Source of the DNA: Candidatus Kapaibacterium sp.
GTDB lineage: Bacteria > Bacteroidota > Ignavibacteria > Kapaibacteriales > UBA2268
DNA: 64,000 nucleotides
NCBI GenBank assembly: GCA_963664875.1
Contig: OY761611.1
Span: 3,104,001 to 3,168,000 of the forward strand
Direction: 5' to 3'
In this document: piece after piece, positions 30,541-40,577 of the stretch
Position numbering within the stretch: the stretch's first letter is position 1
How the letters are laid out: the number at the start of each line of letters is the position of its first letter
Translations under genes and position numbers: made by a program
The notes under the pieces: model-generated
Told to the model about the DNA's origin: nothing
Seen by the model: the letters and a program-made list of their open reading frames with translations, nothing else
The model's database searches: none

Positions 30541-30953
30541 CTGAATCTTTCTACTGAAGCACAGGAACAAACATTCACAATTGGCGGGAAGAACAGACTT
30601 TTGACAATTATAACTGATTCCCTACATTACTTGCTAACATTAGTCTAAGCTATACTTCTCATGAAAGAGGATACTCGTTATCTATATATAACACAATGAT
30701 TAGTGGTTTTGATGATATTGGAGCTCCTTTGCAGTATAATGAAGCTATATCTGATTATAATATTTTATCAGTTCATGCATCTTATGAAATTTCGAAACTA
30801 TGGGACTCCAAACGTCACATTCATCTATTCGTTTCTGCATTTAATTTGTTAGACGAATCACTAATGGCACAAGACTTTTATAACAGACAAATTAACACTG
30901 TCCCTAATAGATTTGGAAGATCTATCCATGGTTGTGTCAAAATAGTACTTTAA
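30541..30953 (+). pseudogene. 3' remnant of a TonB-dependent receptor, paralog of 31268-33376
   Basis: LNLSTEAQEQTF / frameshift / DNYN*FPTLLANISLSYTS...PNRFGRSIHGCVKIVL* aligns with the C-terminus of the intact receptor; TGA at 30615-30617. Confidence 0.88.
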
Positions 30954-31095
30954 AATTCCGGACAAAAGAGGCTGTTTTATAATCGGCAGCCTCTTTGTGC
31001 AAATTGTCTTCATTTATTGATATCAGAGTTAAGATATAAAACCTCTTGCAACAGTTCAAACCTCAAATAATGTTCAATCCATATCTATTTTTTGT
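30903..31095. repeat. 193-bp direct repeat, copy 1 (receptor 3' end + terminator + downstream)
   Basis: Ungapped match to 33326-33518 with 8 mismatches by manual count. Confidence 0.92.
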
Positions 31096-31267
31096 ATTTA
31101 AATTCAATTAAAGGTAAGTATAGCCTATCCATGTTCTCTGTATATTTTGGGATAAGTGAGTATTTCTATCACTATTTAGACAATAAATATTTTTGTTCCG
31201 ACTCTTTACAATATATAAAGACTGTCTGTTAGTTTATTGTATTTTCATAAAAATCATGGGTATTGTT

Positions 31268-33376
31268 ATGCACAAACTACTACTTTCTGCCCTGCTGTTG
31301 CTTATTGCAACTTCTTCGACTTTTGCGCAGGATGATTCTTTACTTGAATTATCATTAGAAGAACTAATGAATGTTCAGGTAACAACTGCATCTAAATCCG
31401 CAGAAGATATTAATGCTGCCCCAGCAGTAATGACCGTAATTTCTGCAAATGATATAGAGCGATCTACGGCTTCCAACTTAGCAGAGATAATTGAGCAACA
31501 AGCAGGTTTCTACTTAAACTCAACTACTGTTATGAATCAATCTTCTCTTGTTACGAGAGGTGACTATGGAGGAGCTATTGCTAACACGCACGTCTTGTTT
31601 CTAATAGACGGAAGACCCTTCCGAGAAAGTATATTAGGAAATATGGGTAACCAATTTATACAAGGGATGCCTTTGGGCAGAGTAGAAAGAATAGAAATTA
31701 TTCGCGGTCCGGGATCAGTGCTTTACGGCTCAGGGGCATATACTGGTGTCATAAATGTTATTCTTAAAAAAGGCGAAAAACAAGAAACTTCTGCACATTT
31801 AGAATATGGTTCTCATAACTCTATGCACGGATCCATCGCCGGCGGTGGTAAGTGGGGCGATTTAGACATCAGCGCAGGTGCTTTGTACACCGGATATGAT
31901 GATTGGGAGTACGAAATGACGGATGTAAAAAATGTCCATGATGCTGTTCCTTTCAAATATATGCAAACTGTTGGTAATATAGATTTGGCTTATAAAGGGC
32001 TGACCTTGAAGGCTTATGGAGGATACTACGAGCAACAAGTAGTTACCTTAGCCAGTGCCCCTGTTTGGCAAACTCCAAGAGAACAAATGAACCAAAGTAA
32101 CAGAGTATTGGTTGATTTAGGTTATTTGACAGAAGTTAATGATTTTTGGGAATTACAAGCTAATGTTACAATGAATAGCTTAGATAACGTTAGAACCGTT
32201 GACGCTGACTCTGCTAAAGACGACTTGTTCACAGGGGGCTCTTTAGATTATATTGGTGAATTAACTAACTTTTTTAAATTGACTAAAGATATCAATTTAA
32301 TTGTCGGTGGTTTATTCAACCATCAAACAGGTGATGCATTTCAGCATAATGCTTATCTGAAGGATTATGGTGGCGGAATTATTGCGCCTGCACCTTGGGA
32401 CATTTTCAGTGGAGAAAATCCAAATCCGCTTAAAGTGGTACCGGATTATAGCTATACTTGGTACAGCGGTTATTTTCAGGCTGACTGGAAAGTTATTCCT
32501 GAGCTAAAATTTGTAGCAGGAGCTCAAATAAATAAAGTGGAAGGGGTTGATGCTAAAATAGTTCCTCGCATAGGTGTTGTTTATACTGCTGAAAACGGAT
32601 TTATTGCTAAAGCTCTGTATGGACAAGCTTTTAGATCTCCTTACGCTTTGGAAAGTAAAATCAAAATAGTCAACATACAATACGGTAATGATAATTTAAA
32701 ACCGGAAACTATTGGAACTTTTGATGCTCAGTTAGGATATAAGGGTAAAAACTTTCAGCTAATGGCAAATTATTTCAATAGCTCTCAGAAAGATATGATT
32801 GGTTTTACTGCTCCAGGAGAATCTGTAGAAGGCATATTTTATGATGGTGAGCAAATACCTGCCGGATCTAGAGTTTATATAAATAGGGGTTCTGTAAAAT
32901 CTTCCGGTTTTGAATTTGAAGCTAAATATTATCCAATGTCAGAACTTCACTTCACAGCTAATCTATCAACTTTCAACCAAGAATTGACTTATAGATTACC
33001 TGCTTCAACTAAAGATACTACAGTTGAGAACTATTTTGGTTTACCAAAATTACTTATCAATGTAGGCATTACTTATTCTTCTAAGGAAAATGGCTTCTCA
33101 GCTTCTATATTTAACAACTATGTAGGTGGTTTTGATGAGATAGGATATTTGTATAAATATAATCCTGAAATTGAAGCTTATAGCATGCTTTCTGTTTATG
33201 CCGATTATAATATCGCAAAACTTTTTGACGGGAAATCCCCAATTAAAGTATTTGTTAAAGTATTTAACTTATTAGACGCTGAAATTATGTCTCAAGATTT
33301 TACAGACAGACAAGTGAATACAATGCCTAATAGATTTGGAAGATCTATCCATGGTGGTGTCAAAATAGTACTTTAA
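31268..33376 (+). CDS. TonB-dependent outer-membrane receptor
   Basis: Signal peptide MHKLLLSALLL (ATG 31268), LSLEELMNVQVTTASK, plug motif IEIIRGPGSVLYGSGAYTGVINVI, LKPETI, beta-barrel C-terminus. Confidence 0.93.
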   Translation: MHKLLLSALLLLIATSSTFAQDDSLLELSLEELMNVQVTTASKSAEDINAAPAVMTVISANDIERSTASNLAEIIEQQAGFYLNSTTVMNQSSLVTRGDYGGAIANTHVLFLIDGRPFRESILGNMGNQFIQGMPLGRVERIEIIRGPGSVLYGSGAYTGVINVILKKGEKQETSAHLEYGSHNSMHGSIAGGGKWGDLDISAGALYTGYDDWEYEMTDVKNVHDAVPFKYMQTVGNIDLAYKGLTLKAYGGYYEQQVVTLASAPVWQTPREQMNQSNRVLVDLGYLTEVNDFWELQANVTMNSLDNVRTVDADSAKDDLFTGGSLDYIGELTNFFKLTKDINLIVGGLFNHQTGDAFQHNAYLKDYGGGIIAPAPWDIFSGENPNPLKVVPDYSYTWYSGYFQADWKVIPELKFVAGAQINKVEGVDAKIVPRIGVVYTAENGFIAKALYGQAFRSPYALESKIKIVNIQYGNDNLKPETIGTFDAQLGYKGKNFQLMANYFNSSQKDMIGFTAPGESVEGIFYDGEQIPAGSRVYINRGSVKSSGFEFEAKYYPMSELHFTANLSTFNQELTYRLPASTKDTTVENYFGLPKLLINVGITYSSKENGFSASIFNNYVGGFDEIGYLYKYNPEIEAYSMLSVYADYNIAKLFDGKSPIKVFVKVFNLLDAEIMSQDFTDRQVNTMPNRFGRSIHGGVKIVL

Positions 33377-33518
33377 ATTTCCGGACAAAAGAGGCTGTTT
33401 TATAATCGGCAGCCTCTTTGTGCAAATTGTCTTCATATATTGATATCGGAATTATGATATAAAACCTCTTGCAACAGTTCAAACCTCAAATAATGTTAAA
33501 TCCATATCCATTTTTTGT
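33326..33518. repeat. 193-bp direct repeat, copy 2
   Basis: Matches 30903-31095. Confidence 0.92.
33388..33420 (+). terminator. Terminator hairpin after the TonB-dependent receptor
   Basis: AAAGAGGCTG...CAGCCTCTTT; duplicated at about 30965-30997. Confidence 0.7.
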
Positions 33519-33548
33519 CTTTCTTGTTGCCCAATTTCTATTTTTTTA

Positions 33549-34205
33549 TCAAAACTCTATAGAATAGTTTTCTACTGTTAAACCTGAGTTTTGCTTGTTT
33601 AGTATGACCATGTTTTGTATTTGGTTAGGGAGATATTTTATTTCGGCACTATGCATAGGATTGCTGTCTGCATCTGAAATTGTCAACACTTCGTCTTTTC
33701 CAATTTCGTATAATTCAGTCATATCCCCGCAGTGGAGTCTAATATTTGTAATTTTGCCTGTAAGATTGACTGTATAATAAGATTCGTTTGGGTACATATT
33801 CAAAATGCGGACAAAGGAAGCCCCCTTATAAATTGAATCTTGCACCTGCTGAACTTTAGCTCTGTTGCATTCAAAAAAATATAATGAGTAATGTTTGCCT
33901 TGCTCAAAAGTATAAATGCCGTTATATATAGTATTTTTCGAAGAAGATTCGGTAATTTTTAAATTGGAATAACCGATAAAGGCATCTTTATAAATAGGAG
34001 TGTGGCTTGCAAATCCGAGATTATCAGCAATTGTGTAACCTTTTTGCGAAACCGAAATACTGTTATAGCTCGACGCAAAGTGAAAAATTGCAATTTTTGC
34101 TCCATTTTCCGGCTGTATGTCTTTGGGTGTATCTATGCCAGGGATGCATTCGCATCCGGTAAAAATAATAGTAAAAACAAAAATATAAACAATATATCTA
34201 ATCAT
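33549..34205 (-). CDS. DUF4397-like lipoprotein
   Basis: Lipobox FTGC; AKIAIFHFAS...I..NLGF...Y, GKHYSLY, SFVRILN pattern of tandem beta-sandwich DUF4397 proteins. Confidence 0.65.
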   Translation of the reverse strand: MIRYIVYIFVFTIIFTGCECIPGIDTPKDIQPENGAKIAIFHFASSYNSISVSQKGYTIADNLGFASHTPIYKDAFIGYSNLKITESSSKNTIYNGIYTFEQGKHYSLYFFECNRAKVQQVQDSIYKGASFVRILNMYPNESYYTVNLTGKITNIRLHCGDMTELYEIGKDEVLTISDADSNPMHSAEIKYLPNQIQNMVILNKQNSGLTVENYSIEF

Positions 34206-34313
34206 ATTTATTTCGGGATCAATACATAAAAAATATGCACTAATGCTATTGTCTCAAATCGATATACAACCTTGCGTCTGTGTCTAAGATATAACTTATT
34301 ATTTAGCTGACTG

Positions 34314-34341
34314 AGACAACAAACTTAACAAAAATGATACC
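34314..34341 (-). promoter_or_regulatory. Candidate ECF-sigma promoter upstream of the DUF4397-like gene
   Basis: GGTATCA-N16-TGTCT, same spacing and -10 as the site upstream of tonB. Confidence 0.4.
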
Positions 34342-34385
34342 ATCGCAAAACTTGTATTTTTAAATCTTGTTTAATATATACAACA

Positions 34386-34431
34386 ATGCCGTTTATTGCT
34401 AATGTTTTTTGCAATTAGTAACAAACGGCAT
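34386..34431 (-). terminator. Long hairpin after the anti-sigma gene
   Basis: ATGCCGTTTATTGCTAAT...ATTAGTAACAAACGGCAT. Confidence 0.55.
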
Positions 34432-34445
34432 AGTAAAAATGACTT

Positions 34446-35756
34446 TTAGAAATTGTAAGAAATGCGGTAAACCAGACCGTTTTTCTCAGAATTATATGTT
34501 TTGTTATCTACTGAGTAATACAATATACCATACTCATAACCCAAATTCATTGACACATTATTCAAAGGTGAAAATCTTATGCCGGCATTTAACTTGCTTA
34601 TTGGGCCTAACGAAGAGCCGCCTGCAAATAATTCCGTATAAGGGGATATAAAATCAATTCCGAAAAGTGCAGTATAAGTAAATCTATACATCATACCCGC
34701 TGTGAACCTCTTAGGATATTGTTTCAGTTCGGATAACTGTCCGTAATAGTCTGTTACAAAACTCTGAGCAAACCTTTCCCAACCGAGCTCTACACCTAAG
34801 GCATGGTTAGAATCAAAATGGTACATACCCGATACAATCAAATTGTCGTAGAACTGATTATTTACAGCTAAATGAGAAAAATCAGGATTAGAAGACTCTG
34901 ATAAATATTTGAAACCAATCTCAAACTGAGTTTCTTCTCCATCGCTGAAAGTTGGCAATATAATAGTCGAAGAAAAAGGATTAAAGGCAATCTGAGGCTT
35001 CTGCATATTACCGTTTTCATTCAAAAATTTATCCGCCATTTCTCCATTCCCGCTACTTGCCACTGGGGTTTGGCTTGTGAAAAAAGCTGCCAATTTGTCG
35101 AAGAAAGAAGTAGTTAAATCGCTATTATCAGTCTCCGAGTTCCCATCTTCGCTTGGATTCGTCTCTTGTAAAGATTCTGAGTCGAATCTGTTAGCGATAT
35201 TATGTTGATTGTTATAATTTGCCTGATTGTTTGTACTGTTATCTGAAAAAGAATTTTGGTTTGTCGTATTTTTTAAATTATTGGATGCTGTTTCAGTTGT
35301 TTCAACTGATGAAGATGTCTGCACATCGGTTTCGAAAGAACTTACCACCGGAACTGAGTTCAGCTCTGAGCTGTTTTGAGCAACACTGCTTTGACTTCCG
35401 AACCAGCTGTCATAGTTTGTAGTCATAACGACGCTGAGAGCCGAAGTCAGCAAAATCAATAGTGCTGTAGCCCCATACTTTTTGATATATCCACCTACCT
35501 TTTCTGCAATCGAAGGGGGAGGAGTTTCTAGATAGTCGGGCACAGTAAAGCCCAGTCTGCCGAAAAGCTGGTTAGTAGCTTCAGCCGGCGGCGTAATGTG
35601 GTTCATATCTTGCTGAGCAATCAGATGCAGTTTCATTTGTTTATTGAAGTCTGCCCTGAGCTCGGAGTCCTTAGCCAGCATATCAAAAAGCAAAGCTTCC
35701 TGAGTGCTATCGACTCCTCCATCAAGATATTCATGTATTAGTTTAGAATACGACAT
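34446..35756 (-). CDS. Putative anti-sigma factor with C-terminal outer-membrane beta-barrel (dual-membrane-spanning architecture)
   Basis: Directly downstream of an ECF sigma; N-terminal LIHEYLDG...LF..LA.D.ELR anti-sigma-like helices, one TM helix (YGATALLILLTSALSVVM), S/T/N-rich linker, amphipathic strands ending YRISYNF. Confidence 0.75.
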   Translation of the reverse strand: MSYSKLIHEYLDGGVDSTQEALLFDMLAKDSELRADFNKQMKLHLIAQQDMNHITPPAEATNQLFGRLGFTVPDYLETPPPSIAEKVGGYIKKYGATALLILLTSALSVVMTTNYDSWFGSQSSVAQNSSELNSVPVVSSFETDVQTSSSVETTETASNNLKNTTNQNSFSDNSTNNQANYNNQHNIANRFDSESLQETNPSEDGNSETDNSDLTTSFFDKLAAFFTSQTPVASSGNGEMADKFLNENGNMQKPQIAFNPFSSTIILPTFSDGEETQFEIGFKYLSESSNPDFSHLAVNNQFYDNLIVSGMYHFDSNHALGVELGWERFAQSFVTDYYGQLSELKQYPKRFTAGMMYRFTYTALFGIDFISPYTELFAGGSSLGPISKLNAGIRFSPLNNVSMNLGYEYGILYYSVDNKTYNSEKNGLVYRISYNF

Positions 35757-35787
35757 ATCAACCAATATATATGTTAAATCAACATTT

Positions 35788-36345
35788 TCAATTCAAATCT
35801 TCGAGATAAGGAGCAAGTATATCTTTCACCTTTTCTTTAGCACGCCAGATTCTGTTTTTGACAGCAGCAACCGACGCACCTGTTATATCTGCAATTTCTT
35901 TATGAGAAAAACCGTGATAAAGTCTGAGTACAAAAAACTCTCTATCTTCTTCGTTTAGCATATCAAGCGCTCTTGCAAGTATATCGAGCATTTCTTTTTG
36001 TTCGTAGCCCTGGTCTTGCGATGAAAACTGATAGTTGTCAATATCTACGGTAATTTTTTTATCTCTTTTGTAATTGAGGCATAGATTTCTGGTGATTGTA
36101 ATAATAAGACCTATTACATTACCGACAGCCTCTGTCTCTTTTGCAGAATTATAAAATTTAAAAAAAGCTTCCTGAAAAATATCTTTCGCCGATTCTTCAT
36201 CGCCTGTAACTCTAAGACAGTAAGCATATATTCGTTGCGAATGCCGGGCGTAAAGCTCGGAAAACGCCGCTTCTGATTTAGCTTTAGATTTTTTTAGTTC
36301 TGCTACCAAATCCGAATCTGAATATTTGCTCAGTGGTCGAGCCAT
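35788..36345 (-). CDS. ECF RNA polymerase sigma-70 factor
   Basis: AFSELYARH, AKDIFQEAF region 2; FVLR..HGFSHKEIADITG.S...VKNRIWRAK region 4. Confidence 0.93.
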   Translation of the reverse strand: MARPLSKYSDSDLVAELKKSKAKSEAAFSELYARHSQRIYAYCLRVTGDEESAKDIFQEAFFKFYNSAKETEAVGNVIGLIITITRNLCLNYKRDKKITVDIDNYQFSSQDQGYEQKEMLDILARALDMLNEEDREFFVLRLYHGFSHKEIADITGASVAAVKNRIWRAKEKVKDILAPYLEDLN

Positions 36346-37424
36346 TACCTTCTCCAGTAAGCACTAAAAGCCTGATTCGATATTAAGATTTCGCTTTTAG
36401 TATTATTATCTAACATATATAGTTCTGAGTCTTCTTTACTGTCGTCAAAAAATTTAGTAAAGACAATTTTTTCTGAATTAGCAGACCAAACCGGATTAGA
36501 ATTTATCTCGCCTTCCTTGTTTTCAGTTAGTTTGATAAATTTTGGTTCGGAGTCGCTTATATCTGCAATCCACAAATCGCCGCTCTGCGAAGCAAACAGG
36601 AGCTGCCTGCTGTTTTGCGGAGAAAAGCTTGCCTGATGTATTCCTAATTTGTTATTAGTAATCACATTTGACTGATTGCCTGCCAAATCAACAATATAAA
36701 TAGCTTTGATAGTATCCATGCCTTCCGTTTTATCGAAAGCAAAACACAAATGCTTGCTCTCTTCGTCCCATCCGGCGATTACCTGACCGCGTCTATTGTC
36801 TATAACATTGTTCAATGTAAATATCTGATTAGGTCCTTCAGCATTGACTACATCATAGAGGTTTAGACTCACACTCGGGTACTGCCCCGTAAAAAATGCA
36901 ACATACCTGCCGTCAGGCGAAAAGTTTGCTGCAGATTTAGGAAGTATTGCAGATGATAAAATAGAAAGCTGCTCGGAGGCACTACCGTAAGAATAGAGAT
37001 AAAGTCTGTTATCCTGCGAGTTCATTGCTATCGAACCGCCTTGAGGATTGATGACAGGTGAGGTATAGTCAAAATTGACAATATTCTCAGTAATGTTCTT
37101 ATCCTCAGTGCCAAGCAGGTTTGCAAGATAAATTTCGGTCCTACCTGAAGTCAGATTTTCACGAGAGTAACAGTAGTCTCCGTTTTTTGCTGGAGCAGAG
37201 TATATGCGGGCATTTTCTTTCAGTAAATTCAAATCAGCAAAATCTTCGCTCAATTGAAAAACTAATGGAATGCCATCATTTTCTGACAATGCCGTAAAGT
37301 AAAGGCTTGTCTCCTTTTCTCCGCCACAGCATATTGGCTCGCAGGTATTTCTGCATGAATGTAGTGCATTTAAAGCAATCGCTATCAATAGCAATTTCAA
37401 AGAACTATATATGATTCTTTTCAT
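36345..37424 (-). CDS. TolB-like (PD40) beta-propeller lipoprotein
   Basis: Lipobox LHSC; FSPDGRYVAF, ASFSP, NPVWSANSEKIVF repeats; stop overlaps the ECF sigma start. Confidence 0.78.
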   Translation of the reverse strand: MKRIIYSSLKLLLIAIALNALHSCRNTCEPICCGGEKETSLYFTALSENDGIPLVFQLSEDFADLNLLKENARIYSAPAKNGDYCYSRENLTSGRTEIYLANLLGTEDKNITENIVNFDYTSPVINPQGGSIAMNSQDNRLYLYSYGSASEQLSILSSAILPKSAANFSPDGRYVAFFTGQYPSVSLNLYDVVNAEGPNQIFTLNNVIDNRRGQVIAGWDEESKHLCFAFDKTEGMDTIKAIYIVDLAGNQSNVITNNKLGIHQASFSPQNSRQLLFASQSGDLWIADISDSEPKFIKLTENKEGEINSNPVWSANSEKIVFTKFFDDSKEDSELYMLDNNTKSEILISNQAFSAYWRR

Positions 37425-37480
37425 ATCCATCTCTCTTACTTTAAATAACACATCAAAAGAAAAAGGTCTCAAAAATTTTT

Positions 37481-38278
37481 TTAAGGTCTCAAAATACTGC
37501 TTATTTTTTTCAAAGTATTATGCAGCTCCACATCATGCACTCTTATTATATCTATTTTTTTACCGAGAAGCAGAGCGTGAATCAAAGCAGTTGGGATATC
37601 TCTATCCAAGGGATTCTCTAACGAAAGTGTTTTGCCGATGAAAGATTTTCTTGATATACCTAAAAGTAATGGTACACCAAGTTCCAAAAACTCATCATGG
37701 TTTTGCAGCAATGATATGTTATGCTCAATAGTTTTTCCAAATCCTATTCCGACATCTGCAATGATTTCTTTAACTCCTTTGCTTCGGGCAAAATCAATTT
37801 TATCTCGTAGCCATGTTTTGATTTCATGTATCAAATCTTGATAGACAGGATTGTTTTGCATTGTTCGTGGTTTGCCTTGTATATGCATGATGACAAGAGT
37901 TGCCCCATACTCTGCAGCGAGTTCGGCAAGCCTTGTGTCGTATGTTAGACCACTAATGTCATTGATAATATTTGCACCTGCATCTAATGCGGCTTTAGCA
38001 ACTTCATATTTAGTCGTATCGATAGAAATTGGAGTAGCAGCACATTCTTTTCTAATTGCACTAATCACCGGTACAACTCTGGTTATTTCATCTGAAAGCG
38101 GAACTTCAGATGCTCCGGGACGTGTAGATTCACCACCGATGTCCAGAATGTCAGCTCCTTTTTCAATGAGTGATAATCCTTGTCTGATAGCATTTTGTGT
38201 ATCGAAAAAAGCTCCACCGTCCGAAAACGAATCCGGAGTTACATTGAGAATGCCCATGATTTTAGGGAAGCGAAACAT
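37481..38278 (-). CDS. folP: Dihydropteroate synthase
   Basis: MGILNVTPDSFSDGG, DIGGESTRPG, SIDT, GISRKSFIG, IRVHDV; ATG 38278 preferred. Confidence 0.96.
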   Translation of the reverse strand: MFRFPKIMGILNVTPDSFSDGGAFFDTQNAIRQGLSLIEKGADILDIGGESTRPGASEVPLSDEITRVVPVISAIRKECAATPISIDTTKYEVAKAALDAGANIINDISGLTYDTRLAELAAEYGATLVIMHIQGKPRTMQNNPVYQDLIHEIKTWLRDKIDFARSKGVKEIIADVGIGFGKTIEHNISLLQNHDEFLELGVPLLLGISRKSFIGKTLSLENPLDRDIPTALIHALLLGKKIDIIRVHDVELHNTLKKISSILRP

Positions 38279-38279
38279 C

Positions 38280-38918
38280 TTATTTGCCTTTAGATAAACC
38301 GTTTTTAAGATAGCCGTCGTTTTTAATAATCTGCTCAATCATCTCATGTTTATAAACCATTGGCCGCAACTGTATTAGATGTTCGCGCAACATTTCTAAA
38401 CGGGTATTCTCGTTGAGTGTGCTAAGCAGTATTTGGCGTTGCTGCAAAGTAAGGCCTGCTTTTTGAGCAATTACAAAAGAAGGGAATTTATCGGTCAACT
38501 TAGTTTTGTCGATAGGGTTTAGTTCGATGGCTCCAAGATGCTTTACAATATCATTGTAAATATCTACCAGTTCGTATAGCAACTTGGCGTTAATATCTAT
38601 GGAAACATCTTGAATTGTCTCTATTTCAGCTTCGAGATAAGGTTGTTCGCCGTCAACGATATGCTTTACACTAAATCTCGTGCCTCCCTGCACTGCGATA
38701 TCCATCTTACCGTCAGGGTATCTTTTAATCAAATCAAATACTTTTGCTTTGCATCCTATATCAGACATTTTCCCATTATTATTAAGTACAATCCCAAATT
38801 CAACTTGCTCATTAAGGCACATATTAATCAGCTTCTTATATCTTGGTTCAAATATATGAAGCGGATAGATTGATTCCGGGAATAGAACAATATTTAAAGG
38901 GAAAAGACCTAATCTCAC
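38280..38918 (-). CDS. LON peptidase N-terminal (substrate-binding) domain protein
   Basis: LFPLNIVLFP...PLHIFEPRYKKLI..C; GTG 38918 likely start (ORF open to 38951). Confidence 0.9.
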   Translation of the reverse strand: MRLGLFPLNIVLFPESIYPLHIFEPRYKKLINMCLNEQVEFGIVLNNNGKMSDIGCKAKVFDLIKRYPDGKMDIAVQGGTRFSVKHIVDGEQPYLEAEIETIQDVSIDINAKLLYELVDIYNDIVKHLGAIELNPIDKTKLTDKFPSFVIAQKAGLTLQQRQILLSTLNENTRLEMLREHLIQLRPMVYKHEMIEQIIKNDGYLKNGLSKGK

Positions 38919-39019
38919 AAGCGATACTCCGTTTTTGCCATAAAGATACAAAAAAATACTTTAATTATTGACAAGTATTAAGAGTATTTGGAAAGAAAAT
39001 GATAGCAAAATCAGTAAAT

Positions 39020-40276
39020 TTAATCACCGTTTGGAGTTATTATTATCTTGCTCCAATCATCTTTCGAAAAATATTTATCGATTACATCTCGTATATCTTC
39101 CATACTGATTGAATCAATATCTTCCATAAGATTTTGGAGCGTTTCGTGCTTCTGGCTCAATATCTCGCTTTTGGCAAGCGATTGCATCCGCACCGACAAA
39201 CTCTCCAATTCCATTATTGTGCCTGATTTGAGCTGCTCTTTTGCTCTTTGTAGCTCTGCTTTAGTGATGCTTCCGGAGTGAAGTTTCTCTAATTCATGGA
39301 TGATTATTTTCTCAGCTCGCTTTAGTTTGTTTTCGTCTAAAGCTGCATAGATATAAAATGCAGATAAATCTTTATATCCCTGCAAATTAGAATATACTGC
39401 ATAGCCCAAACCGTTTCTTTCTCTTAGGGCGTGATACAATCGGGAACTCATTCCATCGCCAAAGAGTACATTGAAGCATGACAGGGCATGCCTATCGTCT
39501 GCTCTAAGTCCCGGCACCTGCTTACCCATAAGGAAATGGAGCTGGCTGATTGGCATTTCCTTGAGTAACTCTTTTTTGGAGTTGATAGTTTCAACTTTCA
39601 TTTCAGGAAGTCTGAGAGCCGGAAGATTGCCAAAAATCGCTGCAACTTTTTCAGCTACATAATCATGATCCAAATTTCCTGCAAATGAAATCACAAGCCT
39701 ATTCGGAGCAAAAAATTTTGAGTGGAAATCTCTTAGCTTTTCCGGAGTAATCTTCTTTACTGTATCTACATAACCGACTATTGGATGCTCCAATCTGGTA
39801 CCTTTGAAAAGTAACTCGTCTCCAAAATCGAAAATTGCTTCTTCAGGGTCATCTTCATAGGAGACTATCTCCTCGCTGACTACTGAGATTTCGTTTTTGA
39901 TTTCTTTGTCTTTGAAAAGCGGATTTAGAATTATCTCTGAAAGTGTGTTTATGGATTTTTTAAAATTCTTGGTCAAAGCTCTAACATAAAAGCAGGTAAA
40001 CTCTTTGCTTGTGTAGGCATTTGTGTAAGCTCCTACTGATTCGAACTCCGTAGCTATTTTGCGTGCCGTGTATTTTTTAGAACTTTTAAAAATTGCATGC
40101 TCCAGCAGGTGTGCCATGCCTTCCAATCCTTCAGGGTCATTTGCTGAGCCAGCATCTAAAGATATACCAAGGGCAAAAGATTCAACTGTAGGAATTTGTT
40201 CTGTGAGTATTACTATACCGTTGTCAAGTACTGTTCTTCCAAAGCGGACGTGGTTATCCATACGAATTTCGGTCAT
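39020..40276 (-). CDS. M16 family (pitrilysin-like) zinc peptidase
   Basis: GMAHLLEH inverted zinc motif, NAYTSKEFT, GMSSRLY..LRE..GL.Y. Confidence 0.93.
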   Translation of the reverse strand: MTEIRMDNHVRFGRTVLDNGIVILTEQIPTVESFALGISLDAGSANDPEGLEGMAHLLEHAIFKSSKKYTARKIATEFESVGAYTNAYTSKEFTCFYVRALTKNFKKSINTLSEIILNPLFKDKEIKNEISVVSEEIVSYEDDPEEAIFDFGDELLFKGTRLEHPIVGYVDTVKKITPEKLRDFHSKFFAPNRLVISFAGNLDHDYVAEKVAAIFGNLPALRLPEMKVETINSKKELLKEMPISQLHFLMGKQVPGLRADDRHALSCFNVLFGDGMSSRLYHALRERNGLGYAVYSNLQGYKDLSAFYIYAALDENKLKRAEKIIIHELEKLHSGSITKAELQRAKEQLKSGTIMELESLSVRMQSLAKSEILSQKHETLQNLMEDIDSISMEDIRDVIDKYFSKDDWSKIIITPNGD

Positions 40277-40577
40277 TATATACCTTCAAGTTTAAAATAT
40301 CCCTAACTACAAATATACAAGCATATTATGGAAGTAACAAAGGCAAACTTCTTATTGAGTTTATTCTCTTAGTAATGACATTTTATATAGGTAACAAACT
40401 TCCTGTAATTCAGATAGATTTTACATAAGTACTTAATCTATCTTGCCGAATAATCTCTAGTGCCTTAGCATTCCTCTTTATCCCTGATTTGTCATTAGAA
40501 CTCAAAAATACTTACAACTTCCTTTGTTTGCGAAGAAATATTCAATGAGTAAATGTAAGAAAAACTTACTTATTGAA

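Noticed and set aside
30696-33376. Possible diversity-generating retroelement TR/VR pair (receptor C-terminus duplicated)
   Set aside because: Differences between copies affect all four bases rather than only adenines, and no reverse transcriptase is present; a paralog remnant explains it better
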